DNA of 23,888 bases, taken from NCBI RefSeq assembly GCF_004010195.1, contig NC_057719.1, positions 30,040,423 through 30,064,310 of the forward strand, in the 5' to 3' direction. Under the pieces are notes generated by a model. It did not search any database. It had not been told where the DNA came from and worked only from the letters and a program-made list of their open reading frames with translations. The translations under genes and the position numbers were made by a program. Below are positions 10,351 to 21,695 of this stretch, one piece after another. Position 1 is the stretch's first letter, and every line of letters begins with the position of its first letter. The stretch comes from Chiloscyllium plagiosum. Its lineage: Eukaryota.

Positions 10351-10649
10351 CAATACTATAATTTCAAATTTTTCAAACATTCAACAAAAGAATTTGGCAA
10401 ACCTCTTCATTAAGATAAAATGAACAGCACTGCAACGAAAGAAAAAAACCGAGTTATACAAGTTTTAATATCTATCAATGGATAGAATTTGCTTATTGTT
10501 AAATACTTATAGATTGCTTTGCACTTGACAATTAATTTTTGATATACTTGGATGCCATTTGGGTTGTTCATACGTTTTAAAATGGAATGCATCACATCAA
10601 AACAGTGAGTTTCTATGTGTGAATTTCATGTTTAACTGTTTTGTTTTAG

Positions 10650-10719
10650 TTTGCAGTACTGATGTGGCTGTTGACCTATGTTGGAGCTATCTTCAATGGC
10701 TTGACCTTGATGATTATGG
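10650..10719 (+). CDS. RTN1: Reticulon-1 RHD exon (70 nt)
   Basis: ttgttttag acceptor, gtaaat donor at 10720. Translates FAVLMWLLTYVGAIFNGLTLMIM(A), the second hydrophobic segment. Confidence 0.96.
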
Positions 10720-11665
10720 GTAAATATGTTCTCAAACAGAACTCAAAACAAAATTGATCAGTTTTGTTGCTGTGTATTTTCCAGGTTTATGAGCAAAGTA
10801 GCAATGCATGTCTGTGTCAACCTTAATTTATCTATCCAGCTTAGTCATAGATGTTTCAAACAGATATTTGTGCAACAGTGCTAAAGATACTGAGAAAAGT
10901 TAGGATATTGCTGCATATTAGTACCTTCTTAAATTAGTTATAAATATTCTGGGAACAGAATGGGTAATGAAGATAGAAAAATTGTGGAGTGATCAATCTA
11001 CCCACCTGTAACTATGAGCTCAGCAAATCGAGTTTTGCCAGCAATAGAGTCTCATTGATAAATTCTTTAAATATAACTCCCCAACCAACAGGTTTGCAGA
11101 ATACCCTTTACAAACATTGATCTCTTCACTGATTCAACCAACATGGATTTTGTTTCTTGCCTCGGTGTAATCTTATTCTATACTATGCCAAGAAAGCTCT
11201 TGGCACAGTTATGTGCTCTGGAAGCTCAGCTGGTGAATGCCCAGGGCAGATGCGAGTGAAGTAGCCGGCAGCTGACGAATGGCAGTGGGACCAGTTTAGA
11301 ACTCTTCTCCATTTCCATTACACACATCTACCAACACTTGGGCAGGTGACCAAATAGGATTGATGGTAGCCTCCAATCAAAAAGGCAGCAGCATCACCTC
11401 AGCCCTGTCTAGCATTACCCTTTGTATCTCATCACTTGCTTACTTTGTCCAATCAATGGGATTATCCACTGTGATAGGACAAATAGAAATTGTTTTTTTT
11501 AAGTGATGACAGACTGGAAAATGTGTACATTCAGAGGGTGTCCCTATTGCATGAGTCACAGTACACATGCAGCAATTAGGAAAGCAAAGTTATTCTTCAT
11601 TAGAAACAGGAAACATGGCAGGCGTGGTGAGTTAATTAAGCGAGAGCTGAAATTCAAAAATAACA

Positions 11666-11797
11666 ATAAAAAGCAAAAGAACTGCAGTTGCTGTAAAAGA
11701 TCTGAGGAAAGGTCACCGGACCCAAAACATTAACTCTGATTTCTCTTCACAGATGCTGCCAGATCTGCTGAGCTTTTCCAGCAACTACTGTTTTTAC
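11666..11797. mobile_element. Mini fold-back PLE derivative with a decayed hammerhead-like core and a TSD
   Basis: CTGAGGA (11702-11708), stem GGTC-accg-GACC, cAAAAcATT, then the acagatgctgccagatctgctgagcttttccagca tail. Flanks are ttcaaaaataaca (11653-11665) and ttcaaaaatgata (11798-11810). Confidence 0.7.
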
Positions 11798-12164
11798 TTC
11801 AAAAATGATATTGGTGGCTTCAGGCTGAAAAGCTAATTCAAAATCATGCAAGTGGCAGGTGGAGCCTTACAACACTGTCCTATGGTGGTTTCCTACTTGT
11901 AATATATTTGCATAGTATTATTCCTCATGATCTAGAACTTCTTCAAATTAAGTCCTACCTTCAGGATTAAGTTAGCAGTTCATTGTAACCATGTGACACC
12001 CAGTTTTAGTTCATTTAAATGTGATGTGCACCAGTTTGCTTTGAGTAATTATGTCTGAAGTAAGCGTATACCCAAAAAGAGAGAGGAGCAAGAGAATGAC
12101 ACCTCAGCTGGAGAGTCAGGATGGCAAGGGCAAGTGAAGGGTGAGGCATGTTGAGGGCTTTCGG

Positions 12165-13378
12165 CCATAAGAACACAAAACAGAAGAACTAGGAGCAGGA
12201 GTAGGCCACCTGGCCCTACAATCCTGCTCTGCCGCACAGTAAGATCATGGCTTATCTTTTCATGGACTCAGCTCCACTTACCCACCAGCTCAGCATAACC
12301 CTTAATGTCTTTACTGTTCAGAAATCTATCTGCCTTAAAAACATTCAACAACGCAGCCTCAACTGCTTCATTGGGGAGGGAATGCCACAGATTCACAACC
12401 CTTTGTGTGAAAAGGTTCCTCCTGAGCTCAGTTCTAAATCTGCTCCCCATTCTTTTGCGGCAATGCCAGTTTCATCCCCCAGTGGAAACAACCTCCCTGC
12501 TTATATCTTATCCATTCCCTTCGTAATTTTATGTTCCAAATGATTACCCCCATTCTTCTAAATCTCTCCTCATAAACCAGTCCTCTTGATTTCAAAATAA
12601 ACCTACAGAAACTCGTCTACCACCCCTCCAGTGCCAGTACATCCTTTCTCAAGTAAGGAGACCAAAACTGTACACAGAATGACCTCACCAGCATCCTTCA
12701 CACCTGCAACATAAGCTGTCCAGTGTTAAGCTTCAACCCTCTAGCAGTGAAAGAAAATATTCCATTTTCCTTCTTAATTACCAGCTACACCTGCTGATCA
12801 ACGTTTTGTGATTCATACACAAAGACACCTAGGTCTCTGTGCACAGCAGCATGCTGCAATTTTTCACCATTTAAATAATAAACGATTTTGCTGTTATTCC
12901 TATCAAAATAGGTGACTTCACATTTACCAACATTGTACTCCATCTGCCAGATTCTTGTCCACTCACTTAATCTGTCTATATCCCTCTGAACACTTTCACT
13001 GTCCTGTGCACACTTTGTTCTGGCACTCATTTCCGTGTCATCTGCGAACTTTGACACCCAACTCTAAATCATCTATGTAAATTGTAAACAATCGCAGTCT
13101 CAACACTAATCCCTATGGCACACCACTAGCTACTGATTGTTAATCAGAAAAACACCCATTTTTCCCCACTCTTTGCTTTCTGTTAGTTAACCATTCTCCT
13201 AGCCATGCACGTTTATCTTATTCAGCAGCACTTTGTGCAGCACCTGGTCATATTCCTTCTGGAAATCCAAATACAGCACATCCACCGATTCCCATTATCC
13301 AGCGCGCTTGTAATGTTCTCAAACACTTCCAGTAAATTAGTTAAGCCCCACTGGCCTTTCATGAACCAATGCTGCATC
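12165..13378 (-). mobile_element. 5'-truncated CR1-type LINE
   Basis: Minus ORFs read SKFADDT...QRDIDRLSEWTRIWQMEYNVGKCEV and FRTELRRNLFTQRVVNLWHSLPNEAVEA. FADD is the RT catalytic motif. Confidence 0.92.
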
Positions 13379-13562
13379 TACCGCACATGGGGTCAAGAGT
13401 GGGAGTGTGCAATGTGTTGGGCCTGGTGTTTTGGGTGTGGTCATGAACTGTGGAGGCAATCAATAAAGATAAACAAAATGAGGGGCCTAAGGATAGAGTC
13501 AGTACTGTCCAAAGCTGGATGCAGAGTGAAACTCAGTGCTAGCTGTAAAAGAAAATGTTCAC

Positions 13563-14444
13563 AGTCATAGAGATATACAGCACGGAAACAGACCCTTCGG
13601 TCCAACCCGTCCATGCCAACCAGATATCCCAACCCAATCTAGTCCCACCTCCCAGCACCCGGCCCATATCCCTCTAAACCCTTCCTATTCATATACCCAT
13701 CCAAATGCCTCTTAAATGTTGCAATTGTACCAGCCTCCACCACTTCCTCTGGCAGCTCATTCCATACACGTACCACCCTCTGTGTGAAAAAGTTGCCCCT
13801 TAGGTCTCTTTTATATCTTTCCCCTCTCACCGTAAATCTATGCCCTTTAGTTCTGAACTCCCCGACCCCAGGGAAAAGACTTTGCCTATTTACCCTATCC
13901 AGGCCCCTCATAATTTTGTAAACCTCTAAAAGGTCACCCCTCAGCCTCCGACGCTCCAGGGAAAACAACCCCAGCCGATTCAGCCTCTCCCTATAGCTCA
14001 AATCCTCCAACCCTGGCAACATCCTTGTAAATCCTTTCTGAACCCTTTCAAGTTTCACAACATCTTTCCGATAGGAAGGAGACCAGAATTGCATGCAATA
14101 TTCCAACAGTGGCCTAACCAATGTCCTGTACAGCCCCAACATGACCTCCCAACTCCTGTACTCAATACTCTGACCAATAAAGGAAAGCATACCAAACGCC
14201 ACCTTCACTATCTTATCAACCTGCGACTCCACTTTCAAGGAGCTATGAACCTGCACTCCAAGGTCTCTTTGTTCAGCAACACTCGCTAGGACCTTACCAT
14301 TAAGTGTATAAGTCCTGTTAAGATTTGCTTTCCCAAAATGCAGCACCTCGCATTTATCTGAATTAAACTCCATCTGCCACTTCTCAGCCCATTGGCCCAT
14401 ATGGTTAAGATCCTGTTATAATCTGAGGTAACCCTCTTCACTGT
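13563..14444 (-). mobile_element. Young 5'-truncated CR1-type LINE (HER1-like), uninterrupted 253-aa ORF2 C-terminus
   Basis: ORF 13639-14400 reads WAEKWQMEFNSDKCEVLHFG...LYRTLVRPLLEYC.QFWSP...FFTQRVVRVWNELP; the 3' tail ends ctctatgact. Confidence 0.95.
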
Positions 14445-14865
14445 CTCATGAGGGGATATTTAATTCAGTTGGGTTAGAGGCCGGTTTGAGGTTGAATTAT
14501 TTAAAGATATCATTAGTCGTGTCACGGAATCAAATGACACTCTAAGGATGGTGCAGGAAGGAGTAGGATCAGAGGAGGAATCTCACTGGAGATGGGGATA
14601 AGCTTGGAAAGGAGAGGTGGCATGTTCACATCCATAACGGCATGGTCAAGCGTGATGGGAGGAAGTTCAAGGATTACAGGAAGAAGACACACCAAGTTGT
14701 TTGCAAAAGGAAGGTGAAGGGTCGCGGTTTGTAACCTGTCTGAATTACCTTCCACCTTAACAGTAAAGAATAACTGAATAGCAATTATACAGTACCTTGC
14801 TGAGATCACACCTGTCATGCCACATTCAGATGTTGTCTCCTTACTGAAGTAAAGATAAAGCTGCC

Positions 14866-14965
14866 TTGGATGGAATACAATAAGGGTTTACCAGTCTGAT
14901 TATTAGGATGATGGGATTGTCCTGTGAAGAGAGAGTGAGTAAATTAGGCCTATGTTCACTGGAGA
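14866..14965 (+). mobile_element. Short CR1 ORF2 remnant
   Basis: Resembles LERVQRRFTR..GLSYEERL.KLGLFSLE (gggtttaccagtctgatt...ggattgtcctgtgaagagaga...ctatgttcactggag). Confidence 0.6.
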
Positions 14966-16029
14966 TAAATGCAAGGGCACATCTGAATGGGAGCACTGCT
15001 ACAGTGATTTAAAACTCAAACTGGGGCCAGAGCTTTAAGGCCAAAAGTGCTGAGGAGGAAGAGGACTTGTGGCCATTGCTATTGCTGTGCCAATGACCTT
15101 TCACCCTGCAGTCACCTTTGGTTAACTGCCAGAATCCAACATTGTTGGGGGACAACTCCAGTCAGTAAAGTACAGGTGGTGCCATAATCATACCCAATTA
15201 GTTCCTTAGTGGGCCTAATTGACTCTGTATATACAAGATGAGTAACTGCTGGCACAGTGACCCTGCATCGAGCAATATTGCTGAAAGGAGGGAACCTGTC
15301 AGGTGATTGGCTGGACATGCTGTCTTTCTCTGGTTCTGCCTCCTATCCTGACCAGATAACTGACAATCCTTGGGCTAAATCTGCTCAGTTTAATCCCACA
15401 TTCCATAGGCTTTGTTTCAGTGGTGAACAACAGTTTTACATCAGCTTGATGAGGTGACCATATTTCAGATTTCTTTCTGGAGTATCTGTCTGATCAAGTA
15501 GGGACATCACAATATCCTTATGTGATATCTGCAAAAATGAGCCTTCCCTCCTCCTGTTCTTCTCCCTATTGTCCCGAAATTGACAAATGTAGTACAGATA
15601 AAGGATCCAAACAGCACCCTTGTACTTCAGTGATTATGTTGCGCATTTATCCATTTTGAGTTTGGGGAGTTCTCAACACCAATTGTAACCAGCCGAATTT
15701 GCTTAGTTTCTTTTTAATTGAGATAAAAATCAACTGGTCCTGAAGTGAATCTTTTCTAGTTTGGCATACAATTTCAGATTTGCCTGATTTGTACTTCTGT
15801 AATTCAGTTCCATAATTACAGTCTGTATTCTGCTTATGGTAACATCTTCATGCTTTCTGCCTGTTAATGACAGGAATCATATCACTCTGTTCTCTCATTC
15901 TCTCAACTTTAATCTTTGACTTTAAGTTTCAGAAAAACCTTTGATGCTGTATATTCTGTAGGAGGAATTGTGTAAGGTTGGGTATGTCACTCTCGGGCCA
16001 CAAATTAATATGTTGATGTTCTCTTCCAG

Positions 16030-16076
16030 CTGTCGTTTCTATGTTTACCTTGCCTGTTGTATATGAGAAATACCAG
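16030..16076 (+). CDS. RTN1: Reticulon-1 RHD exon (47 nt)
   Basis: ctcttccag acceptor, gtaaat donor at 16077. Translates (A)VVSMFTLPVVYEKYQ. Confidence 0.96.
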
Positions 16077-16191
16077 GTAAATCCCTTATTAATTTTCAGG
16101 TACAGGAAAATCTATAAGAATCTATATATGTTAAAGTTCTACAGTAGTTACTATATTTATTTTAATAATTGTTTTATGGTTATCTATGCAG

Positions 16192-16250
16192 GCACAAATC
16201 GACCAGTATTTGGGACTGGTGAGGACCCATGTCAATTCTGTGGTGGCAAA
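16192..16250 (+). CDS. RTN1: Reticulon-1 RHD exon (59 nt)
   Basis: atgcag acceptor after a 115-nt intron, gtaagt donor at 16251. Translates AQIDQYLGLVRTHVNSVVA(K). Confidence 0.96.
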
Positions 16251-16799
16251 GTAAGTTTGACATTAGAACTAATCCTTTTACAGAAGCTGAGGAACAGGAT
16301 GTCCAAATTAGCTTTTTCTAATAACCACATACAGCAATCAAAATGTGAAAGAAGATAAAATTACAGTTTTGGCAGATTTGAAAATATTTTAGGCACACTG
16401 TACAATTTTCCCTATGCTGCCAATGTTGCAAACAATTTTCTCTCCACAGATTAGATTAGATTCTTCTTTTTCCCATTTAAAAAAAAATTGTCATACCCAA
16501 ACACTCAATTTTTAAAAAAAATTTCAATCACAGAATGTAGATATCTCTAGCTAGAGCAGCATTTTTGCGCACCCCTTTACCTCAACTCCTCTGTCTCTAT
16601 ACTCAATCGACATTGTTCTTACGTCCTTTTCCTCTAAGGTTTGTTAGAGTGTTGTCCCCTTCCAAATTTGTGTCCAGGTTGTCCTGCTATAACATTTGTT
16701 TTGTTAATGCAAATTCACTGTAACGTGATTGACGAATTGGGGACACTGTTTCTAAAGCACAACTTTTTAAAGCGTGTGTTGGTTATAATGCAATTCCAA

Positions 16800-18820
16800 C
16801 CTTCTTGGATGACCAGAACAGAGGAGCTTCTTGTCAAAAGGAAGAAGGCAGCTTACGTAAGTTGGAGGAAGCAAGGGTCTAGCACAGCTTTAGAGGATTA
16901 CAGGCTTACTAGAAAGGAGCTCAGAAATGGATTGAGGAGAGCCAGGAGGGGGCACAAAAAAGGCTTGGTAGGAAGGATTAGGGAAAACCCAAAGGCATTT
17001 TACTCATACATGAGGAATAAGAGAATGATCAGGGAGAAGGTAGGTCTGGTCAGGGATACCATAGGGAACTTGTACATGGAGTCTGAGCAGATAGAAGAAC
17101 CCTTAAATGAGTTTTTTGCTTCAGTTTTCACTAAGGAAAGGGACCTTGTTATAAATGAGAACTTTGAGGAGCCGGGAAACAGGCTTGAACAGATCTAGAT
17201 TGAGGAAGTTGATGTGCTGGAAATTTTGGCAAACATTAAGATTGATAAGTCCCCAGGGCCAGAGCAGATTTATCCTAGGTTGCTCCAGGAAGTGAGCAAG
17301 GAGGTTGCTAAGCCACTGGCTAATATACTTGCCTCCTCACTCTCCACGGGAGTCATACTGGAGGATTGGAGGGAGGCAGAATGTTATTCCTCTTTTCAAG
17401 AAGGGTAATAGGGAAATCCCTGGCAATTACAGACCAGTCAGTCTTACGTCTGTGATCAGCAAGGTTTTGGAAAGAATACTGAGGGATCGGATTTATGATT
17501 ATTTGGAAAAGCAGAGTGTGATTTAAAAGCAGTCAGAATGGCTCTGTGAGGGGCAGGTCATGCCTCACAAATCTTATTGAGTTCTTTGAAGAGGTGATGA
17601 AGGTCAGGCAGTGGATGTGGTGTATATGGATTTCAGCAAGGCAGTTGATAAGGTTCCCCATGGTAGGCTAATTCATAAAGTCAGGAAGTATGGCATACAG
17701 GGAGATTTGACTATCTGAATTCAGAATTGGTTGGCTGAAAGAAGGCAGAGTGTGGTTGTAGATGGAAAGTATTCTGCCTGGAGGTTAGTGGTGAGTGGTG
17801 TCTTGCAGGGCTCTGTTCTTGGATCTCTGCTCTTTGTAGTTTTTATAAATGACTTGGATGAGTGGGTTGGGTGGGTTAGTAAATTTGCCAATGACACACA
17901 AGTTGGAGGTACCATTGATCGTATCGAGGGCTACAGCATGCTGCAGCGCGACATTGACAGGATGCAGAGCTGGGCTGAGAAATAGTAGATGGAGTTCAAC
18001 CTGGATAAATGCGAAGTGATGCATTTTGGAAGGTCGAATTGAATGCTGAATATAGGATTAAAGATAGAATTCTTGACAGTGTGGAGGAACAGCAGGATCT
18101 TGGTGTTCAAGGGCATAGATCCCTCAAAGTTGCCACCCAAGTGGATAGGGTTATTAAGAAAGCATATGGTGTTTTGGCTTTCATTAACAAGAGTTTAAGA
18201 ACCGCGAGGTTTACTGCAGCTCTGCAATACCCTCGTGAGACCACACTTGGAATATTGTGTCCAGTTCTGGTCGCCCTATTATAGGAAAGATGCGGAGGCT
18301 TTGGAGAGGGTGCAAAGAAGGTTTACCAGGTCGCTGCCTGAACTGGAGGGCTCGTCTTACAAAGAGAGGTTGACTAAGCTCGGACTTTTCTCTCTGGAGA
18401 GCAGGAGGAAGAGAGGTGACCTGATCAAGGTATACAAGGTAATGAGAGGCATGGATAGAGTCGATTGCCAGAGACTTTTCTCCAGAACAGGATTGACTGC
18501 TATGAGGGGTCATAATTTTAAGGTGTTTGGGGAAAGATATAGAGGGGATGTCAGCGGTATCGAGGGGATGTCAGAGAGAGGTTCTTTACGCAGAAAGGTA
18601 TGAATGCATGGAATGTGTTACCAGCGGTGGTGGTGGGAACAGTCATTAGGGACATTCAAGCAACTGCTGGACATAGACATTGTCAGCAGTGAATGAAGGG
18701 GTGTGTGGGTTACATTATTTTATTTTAGATTAGGATTAATCCTTGGCACAACATTGTGGGTCGAAGGGCCTGTGCTGCGCTGTACTTTTCTATGACCCTT
18801 CTATGATCCATCTATGATCC
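16800..18820 (+). mobile_element. 5'-truncated CR1-type LINE, about 2 kb, with disrupted RT
   Basis: KSPGPEQIYPRLL, PLFKKG..PGNYRPVSLTS, SGVLQGSVLGSLLF..FINDLD, SKFANDT, RPHLEYCVQFWSP. Contains stops and frameshifts; tail of tctatga-type repeats at 18788-18820. Confidence 0.95.
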
Positions 18821-18894
18821 ATTAATTTAAATGGTGCTGCTATGATGCGATTTTCTTACAACACAGGATTGCACAAGAACAGGACTACCACATT

Positions 18895-19060
18895 ATAGCA
18901 GAACTGACTGAATCTCTCAAGCAGATTTCTGCTCCACCACAGCACTGAAAGAACCCTTACCAAAATCATAAGTGACATCTTTTGTGACTGTGAATGTGGT
19001 ATTTCCTCCTTTATCATCCTTCTCAATTTCATTAAGCTTTTAACAATCATGGTGTTTCTT
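18895..19060 (+). mobile_element. L2-type LINE RT remnant
   Basis: Translates approximately DFCSTTA/HHSTERTLTKIISDIFCDCECGISSFIILLN, a decayed GFR..HSTETAL.K..ND.....LLDLSAAFD motif. Confidence 0.65.
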
Positions 19061-19994
19061 AAAATGTTTTCTTCTACGGTTGTCCATTAGTTGACATATA
19101 GGTAAAACAAGGAGTTCATAATCTACCTGTCTTTGTAGTTAGTTCTTTACCAGTCACCATTGGAGAATTGACAGGAGAATGGTAGCCCCCTCAAATCCCA
19201 TAACATCCTGTGCCTGCCATATCAGTGGGTGGTATAGAGAGAAATTAAATGTTGCTGAAATCATTACGAAATCACTTGAATTCAAATAGTTAAGCAATCT
19301 CTAGCAACCTCATTTTAAGGAGAGATGTTCAATGAAACAAATGCTCTCAATAATTCCCTTAACTCCATTACAGTGGTGAGAATGCTGTTCTTTTAAGAAA
19401 GCAGAGTTTTTGCATTTGACTTGTTACCTGTTTGTTCAGAGTGCATTCTTCCACTCTTGTTTTTCTTTTGTGCATCATGAATTCCTTTCAGGAAATATTC
19501 TCAGATGTTCTAGCAAAATATTACATGTTGAATGAAAGAAGTGTTATTTTATTTTTTTTTCCACAGGAGTTACTGCAGTACAGTTAGAGAAGTCAGATAT
19601 TAAACTAGATTTGTGATGAGAGGTAGCTCTGTTGTGAGTTCAGCTTTACAGCAGGCTGGGTACATTGCCAGAGGCAAGGCCTCAGGAAATCTACCCTTAT
19701 AGTTAGTTGAGTGTGGATTTCTCTTCTCCCATAAAGGAATAATAAATCTGTTACTACTGTATATTAAATCAAATTATAAATTTAAATCCTTGACATTCAA
19801 TGGCATAAAAATGTGGGTCAGGTAGTCTTGTTACCCAAGATGAGCTTCCCTGTAAAATAGTAATACTTAAAACAAGTCTTGAATGGCAACCAAGGGAGAA
19901 TTTGTACTCTCCTCAATGTAGGGCCTGCTCAAATATCAGAAGAAGAAACTTGCATTCACAAGGACAATATTTCCTTGGGCTGCAGAATGGGACA

Positions 19995-20240
19995 ATAAAA
20001 TCTAAAATTGAAAGCTAGCCACAGTGACAGTAATAGTGAAATTACCGTTGTCATAAAAACTGCTCAAACTCACTTTCTGACCTTTTAGGGAAGGAAATCT
20101 ACCATCCTCACCAGGTCTGGCCAGTACGTGACTCCAAATCCTCAGCAATGTGGTTGATTCTCAACCACTGTCCTCAGGAATTGGGGATGGATAATAAAAT
20201 CTGGTTTTGCCTGCAATATATACATTAAATGAACTAAAAT
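19995..20240 (+). mobile_element. SINE 3' portion (common shark SINE with a CR1-like tail)
   Basis: tttagggaaggaaatctaccatcct...gtgactcca...agcaatgtggttgattctc...gggatggataataaa, recognised from memory of elasmobranch SINEs. A reverse tail remnant lies near 16530-16575. Confidence 0.6.
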
Positions 20241-20687
20241 AGAACAAGTCACTGGTGGTTACAGAAACAAAAAGACATATGAATCAGCAGTATAAATGGG
20301 GAAAATAATTGTAAAAATAGTTTTAAAAAATCAATCTATTTTAAGAGAAAAGTCATTCTGCACAGATTGGGAACTATAGGTTCTCATCTGTTAAATTATG
20401 ACCAAGTCAGGTTGGACAGGAAGACTACAAGAAAGACACTCGGAGAGTTTTACGGATCATCCCCCTTTTCATCCACCCACCAACCCCTCCAAAATCTGCA
20501 AACATCTGTAGAAGAGTACAAAGTTCTGCACACACTGTTTTAAACTTCTTCCAATGCATCTAATTTTCTCTTTCATTTTTAAAGATTAACCTCTGATACA
20601 TCTGGCTGCATTTTTACTGCCTCCTTTGTCTGTATGCAAAGTGTTTTGAGGTGCTGATAAAAGTAATGATGGTAGTATGGGTTGGGG

Positions 20688-20872
20688 CAAAATTCTGCAG
20701 ATAATGGAAATCGCTAATAAAAGCAGGAAATATTGGAAGTATCAGCAGCTCCAGCAGGATCTAAATGGAGAGAAAATTAGAAGAATTAGATGAAAGGCTG
20801 TCAACCTGAAATATTTCTCTCTCCAAAGAAACTCTTCCACCTAACTTGTAAAATGTTTCCAGTGTTTTATAT
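20688..20872. mobile_element. Strongly decayed fold-back PLE terminal derivative
   Basis: aaaattctgcagataatggaaatc...cagcaggatct on the left; gatgaaAGG-ctgtcaa-CCTgaaa and tttctctctcca on the right. Confidence 0.5.
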
Positions 20873-21044
20873 TAATTGTTTTACTATAAACATGGAATTG
20901 GGTTCTGAGTTAACCAAGGTGAGACAGCCTTCTAGGAAACCATCTTGTGTAAGAAATCTCATGACTGTAGCAATTTGATTATTTTTAAGTTATATAATTC
21001 ACTTACCCATTCCTTTCCCCCCTGCCTTTTCTCCTTTTATTCAG

Positions 21045-21087
21045 GATTCAAGCCAAAATACCAGGAGCAAAACGAAAGACTGAGTAA
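21045..21087 (+). CDS. RTN1: Reticulon-1 last coding exon (43 nt including stop)
   Basis: Long pyrimidine tract plus ttcag acceptor. Translates (K)IQAKIPGAKRKTE*, TAA at 21085-21087. Confidence 0.96.
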
Positions 21088-21695
21088 GAGCAATGTGAAG
21101 TGATACTGTTGGCACAAGAAAGGGCATCTGGAGCAGAAGCTTTTCTGTATTCTTCAAATTAATCAGACTTGTCTTGGAGAGTTGTTGTCCCATTTGTCAG
21201 CATCATGGTTTTAGAAACACGCAGCACTGAGACACTCCTTTTCCCATGCTGTTTCCAAATGATTAGAATACCTGCAATCACTTGTGTCGATCACTATAGT
21301 AAGGAGAACCAAGTAATAATTATTGTATTAGCCGTGTTTTTGTGTTGCTTATAAACAAATGCATGACGTTAAGAGTCTTAATTCTATTTAACTTTCTAGT
21401 GTTTTCTGCTGCAATGGCGGTGCTTATAACTTTTAATGTTACTTGTGGCTAGGGCATTTCTGCTTTAGTGCACTTCTGCAATAGTCTAATTGCTCCAAAG
21501 TCACTGAGTCAGTCTGGCTTTATTAAGTAAAACAATAGAACAGTGGATCGATGTTTTGGTGTTTATCCAGTACAAAAGTTCTGAGGATTATGTACTGTAA
21601 TTGTGGCATTTGGTTTTGTAAACTAAAGAAATATAACGCTCATGTTTTTCGAACTATTGTCATACTATTAAAGAAGTATGGAAATAGGCTCCTGG
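21088..21695 (+). other. RTN1: Probable RTN1 3' UTR
   Basis: AT-rich sequence after the stop codon with no repeat I recognise; the end is inferred from the ATTAAA signal. Confidence 0.6.
21667..21672 (+). terminator. Candidate polyadenylation signal (ATTAAA)
   Basis: ATTAAA with upstream TGTA motifs (about 21591-21620) and a downstream U-rich tract (about 21696-21710). I saw no AATAAA between the stop and the PLE. Confidence 0.55.

Noticed and set aside
10650..10656. Nearby CAG acceptor 7 nt into the 70-nt exon
   Set aside because: It would frameshift; the upstream TAG gives the conserved FAVL reading.
11186..11205. 8-bp hairpin tgccaaga-aagc-tcttggca
   Set aside because: Short enough to occur by chance in 24 kb; the half-site orientation and spacing do not match an NFI site.
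15070..15460. Moderately GC-rich block that might be an ancient SINE or conserved element (similar block at 11130-11420)
   Set aside because: I could not match it to any motif by eye; it needs a Dfam or conservation search.
16091..16105. tttcag|gtacag resembling a recursive splice site
   Set aside because: Only 23 nt from the donor in a 115-nt intron, too short to be spliced.
16448..16462. (AGATT)3 micro-repeat
   Set aside because: Too short; at most a retroposon tail remnant with no attached body.
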